From the NCBI GenBank assembly GCA_009859145.1, contig VRVR01000057.1, positions 1 through 64,000 of the forward strand: DNA of 64,000 bases, written 5' to 3'. Under the pieces are notes generated by a model. That model made no database searches. It had not been told where the DNA came from and worked only from the letters and a program-made list of their open reading frames with translations. The translations under genes were made by a program, and so were the position numbers. Source of the DNA: Andalucia godoyi And28 (taxonomy: Eukaryota > Protista > Jakobida). Shown piece by piece: positions 60,895 through 64,000 of the stretch; positions within the stretch are counted from its first letter, which is position 1; every line of letters starts with the position of its first letter.

Positions 60895-63450
60895 TCAATA
60901 CCCTGCGGTCGCCGCGGCGGAAAACACGGCGGGGGCCTTGTGGGTGTTGCCCTTCGAGATGCTCCGATCCATTTCCTCGACGGAGATCACCTCCAAGCCG
61001 GTTTTCGCGCCGTAACTTCCCGACAACTTTCGACTCTTTGCCCACAAGATCAAGTACGCAAGGACCCGAAATCCGATGAATAACCCAAGAAGAATGAAGA
61101 AGCACTCCCAGTAGGTGAACTGGATGTCGAGAGCGTCGATCGCTTGCTGTCCGCTGGTGATTGGACAGATGCTCTGGCTACCAGACTGCACAAGCTCCGA
61201 GTTGTCACAGTGCAGAGTGAGACCCGAGTACTCGACTTGAATGAGCGCTTGGAATCCGTAGAAAATGAGGGACACGTATTTGAGCCAAGCAATCCACGCT
61301 GGAACCGTGTCGGTGTTGACGAAGAACCCTCCGAAAAGCATCATCGGAATCAGTATGAGCGGCATCAAGGCTTGCGCAACATCGCCATTGGGCGCAGCAG
61401 CAGAAATGACATACGCCAGCGATGCTCCAGCGTTCGAAACGAGCTCCAGTATGAATAGGAACCTGAAAAAACTCCAAGCTGTATCCTGAAATCCCACCAT
61501 CCAATACACGACGACATTCAAGAGAAGCGGGAAGAACAGCATGAGAGGAAACTCGGCAAGAGACCGCGAGATGAAGTAAGAGAACGAGTTGTACATTCCT
61601 GCTGCAAACTCTCTCTGATAAATTGGTTTTTCTCTTGGGAAAACAAAAATGATGGCGGCAAGAGCGCTGAAGGACGAATTAATCACGAGAAAAGCAATCG
61701 CGCCAGATCGATTCTGCACAGACTGCTGGTTGTCGCCGAGTTTCCAAAACAAGATTCCGACAAGCAGTGCTATGAAGAGCACTTGGACAAACCGAGCGCG
61801 AAGAACAACCGGTTCTCTGGAGTTCGACACCCACGCACGAGACGTCAAGACCACCGTTTGCTTCCAGACATTCAACGGGTTGTTGACAAGAGAGGAAAGC
61901 TTTGTCAAGTTGATTTGTGACTCCACCGGATGCCCGAGTGCATCCACTGCACTTCCCATGCCGGCAGCGCCATGCACGATGCGATCACATTTCGAAAGTT
62001 CTTTCTCAAGCTCGATGCCATATGGGGAACGACGGAACCTGCTGGCCAAGTCCTGTGCTAGCGCATCCAGAGCAGCTCGCTCGTGGCTCGACTGCGCTTG
62101 TACGGAGATTTCCTCTGCAGCACGCTCCGAAGAACTCTGGAATGTTTGGTCGGTGCGATCAGCTAGATCGGCAAGATCTGCTCCAGTGAAAGACGGCCGC
62201 CGTGCGTCGGACCTGGATGCCCCAACTGGTCCACTGTTTTCGCGAGTCGGGTGGCCATTCTTTCTGATAGGAGTGTCGACAACGGCGCGGAGAAAATGAT
62301 CGGCAGGATTTGCAAACCTTGGAACCGGAAGACCCACGGAGTCGAAGTATGCCGGAGATTCGGACACGGGTCCGAAGTACATGGTTCGACCTTCCGCGAG
62401 AATACACAAATCATCAAACAGCTCCAAGAGCTCCCATGCTGGCTGATGGATCGTCATGATGACGGTCACCCGGTCTCGGATGGCGATGGATTTCATAAGA
62501 GCCACGAGCTGAATCGCAGTGTACGAGTCGAGACCTGAGGTCGGTTCGTCCAGCATGACAATGCTGACAGAGTCATCGAGGAGCGCTTCGCTGATCGCAA
62601 CACGTTTCTTTTGGCCACCAGAGATCTGGCTGATTAACGTTCGCTGTGACTGCAGCAATCCCAGCTCACGCAATACGCGGTCCACTCTCTGCTGCGTCCG
62701 ATCTTTAGAGCATGCGTCTTCAATGTTGCGAAGACGCGCGGAGTAACTCAACAACTCTCGGCACGTGAGATTCTCCATCATGAGATCCGCTTGAAGGACA
62801 TATGCTCCGCGAGAACGAAGAATGCTCGGCGTCTTGGTGTTTGGATAGTCATTGATGTGGATGTTCCCTGCAAGAAGACCTGCTCTCGCACGCCCTGCAA
62901 TGACATTCAAAAGAGTCGTTTTTCCACTGCCGCTTGGTCCCATAATGGCCAAACAGCGGCCGGGCTTTGCATACCCAGATACATTTTTCAGAATGCACTT
63001 CACGTTCTCGGATGACCGGTCCCTATTCGCCTTTCTCGAAGACAAAGAGTGACGGACTCGATCTCGGACTGCGGTCGCCAATTTCCAAGGCAGCGGAGGA
63101 CCTGACGCTCCCGTACTCTTCGTGTGTACGCAAAAGGACACATTGTGCCAGTGAATCGTCAGTTCCTCCTTTGGTGTTGCGGTCAGCACACTTGGCTTCC
63201 ACACATGCTGTGCTTCGCCTTGAGGAGTTTCATGTGTCGGAGGGACGCCAGGAACATGGATCACGACGGAGTCCACTTGTCTAGCTGATACGACTGGATC
63301 ACCACCACCACCACCGGACCGACCAGTCCCTTCGCCTACCGTGCAGGTTGTCCAGCCAACGACTTCCTCTTCCATTGCTCCGTATGATGACAAGAGAAGA
63401 AGGAGAACATAAAAAAGAGAGGAGAGGAAATACACACCTCGTTTGTGCAT
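60895..63450 (-). CDS. ABCG (white-family) half transporter
   Basis: LKNVSG, Walker A GPSGSGKTT, signature ISGGQKKRV, LDEPTSGLDS, TIHQP, six C-terminal TMs with FPREKPIYQRE. Alternative start ATG at 63375. Confidence 0.95.
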   Translation of the reverse strand: MHKRGVYFLSSLFYVLLLLLSSYGAMEEEVVGWTTCTVGEGTGRSGGGGGDPVVSARQVDSVVIHVPGVPPTHETPQGEAQHVWKPSVLTATPKEELTIHWHNVSFCVHTKSTGASGPPLPWKLATAVRDRVRHSLSSRKANRDRSSENVKCILKNVSGYAKPGRCLAIMGPSGSGKTTLLNVIAGRARAGLLAGNIHINDYPNTKTPSILRSRGAYVLQADLMMENLTCRELLSYSARLRNIEDACSKDRTQQRVDRVLRELGLLQSQRTLISQISGGQKKRVAISEALLDDSVSIVMLDEPTSGLDSYTAIQLVALMKSIAIRDRVTVIMTIHQPAWELLELFDDLCILAEGRTMYFGPVSESPAYFDSVGLPVPRFANPADHFLRAVVDTPIRKNGHPTRENSGPVGASRSDARRPSFTGADLADLADRTDQTFQSSSERAAEEISVQAQSSHERAALDALAQDLASRFRRSPYGIELEKELSKCDRIVHGAAGMGSAVDALGHPVESQINLTKLSSLVNNPLNVWKQTVVLTSRAWVSNSREPVVLRARFVQVLFIALLVGILFWKLGDNQQSVQNRSGAIAFLVINSSFSALAAIIFVFPREKPIYQREFAAGMYNSFSYFISRSLAEFPLMLFFPLLLNVVVYWMVGFQDTAWSFFRFLFILELVSNAGASLAYVISAAAPNGDVAQALMPLILIPMMLFGGFFVNTDTVPAWIAWLKYVSLIFYGFQALIQVEYSGLTLHCDNSELVQSGSQSICPITSGQQAIDALDIQFTYWECFFILLGLFIGFRVLAYLILWAKSRKLSGSYGAKTGLEVISVEEMDRSISKGNTHKAPAVFSAAATAGY

Positions 63451-63950
63451 ACGAAGTCCAAAACCTCACACACACACACACACACACACCTTGTATGTAT
63501 TGTATGATGAGTTTCCTGCTTGGCTGTTTTTCGGCACAATGAGAAAAAATTACCGAGTTTCCGCACAGTTCACTCGAAGCTTCCACGCGACTGCTGCTTC
63601 GGCCTTTTGCGGTTGTTATTGTGTCTGCGCGGAGCACGGAGTTCTGCTCAGACAAATTCTTCGAGTTCCGAGAGCTCCGTGCGAGCCGCATTGAAACTTG
63701 CAGACAAAAGCGCCCGGGGCCGTTGCCACTTATTGCGATATGATGAAGCAATCTAAAGCGCACGCAAACAGAACCAGTGCCACGCGCCATGCGCATGCGT
63801 TGGTAATCTTAATCAACTCTGTCACACGATGCCCGATTCGATTCGCCCCCATTTTTGACCATAAAATCCCTATAAACACGCCGCCGCGTTGCATTCTCGC
63901 ACAATGACGCTCATTTCATTTCTTTATTTTTATTGTCCGTGCAGCGCACC

Positions 63951-64000
63951 ATGTACGTCGCGCCCGCAACGCTGCGCAAGACCCATGACATCTCCACCGC
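63951..64000 (+). CDS. Possible start of the next gene (3'-partial)
   Basis: ATG after a T-rich leader; open to the window edge (MYVAPATLRKTHDIST..). Confidence 0.25.
   Translation, partial: MYVAPATLRKTHDIST

Overview
Gene-dense window (~50% GC) from a microbial eukaryote (protist-like; taxon not determinable from sequence alone). It uses the standard genetic code, and I could not detect any introns. About 27 intact CDSs are present. Housekeeping genes include PAT1, a BRWD/PHIP-like gene, VPS39, ThrRS, COA5, HACD, UBC4, GPX, BORCS8, two SET-domain genes and an ABCG. Bacterial-flavoured genes include a PqqL-type M16 protease, a GH18 chitinase, an aryl-alcohol dehydrogenase and a CHASE4-HAMP adenylate cyclase. 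There is one tRNA, two clear pseudogenes and several decayed transposon relics. Best leads: (1) an ALDH + aryl-ADH + isoorotate-decarboxylase-like cluster that could form a dehydrogenase-based 5-hydroxymethyluracil-to-uracil salvage route (41.8-47.0 kb); (2) an RmlC + NRS/ER fusion whose NRS/ER half has lost its epimerase Cys, flanked by two glycosyltransferases (5.7-11.5 kb); (3) three relics of RNA-guided OMEGA nucleases (a Fanzor1-like relic at 25.2-26.3 kb, TnpB/Fanzor2-like relics at 5.2 kb and 29.2 kb, the last followed by a hairpin where an omegaRNA would sit); (4) a eukaryote-type tRNA-Val with a GAC anticodon; (5) a PUB-thioredoxin fusion. All family calls come from motif recognition by eye; no database searches were run. 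CDS starts were moved to the first plausible ATG.
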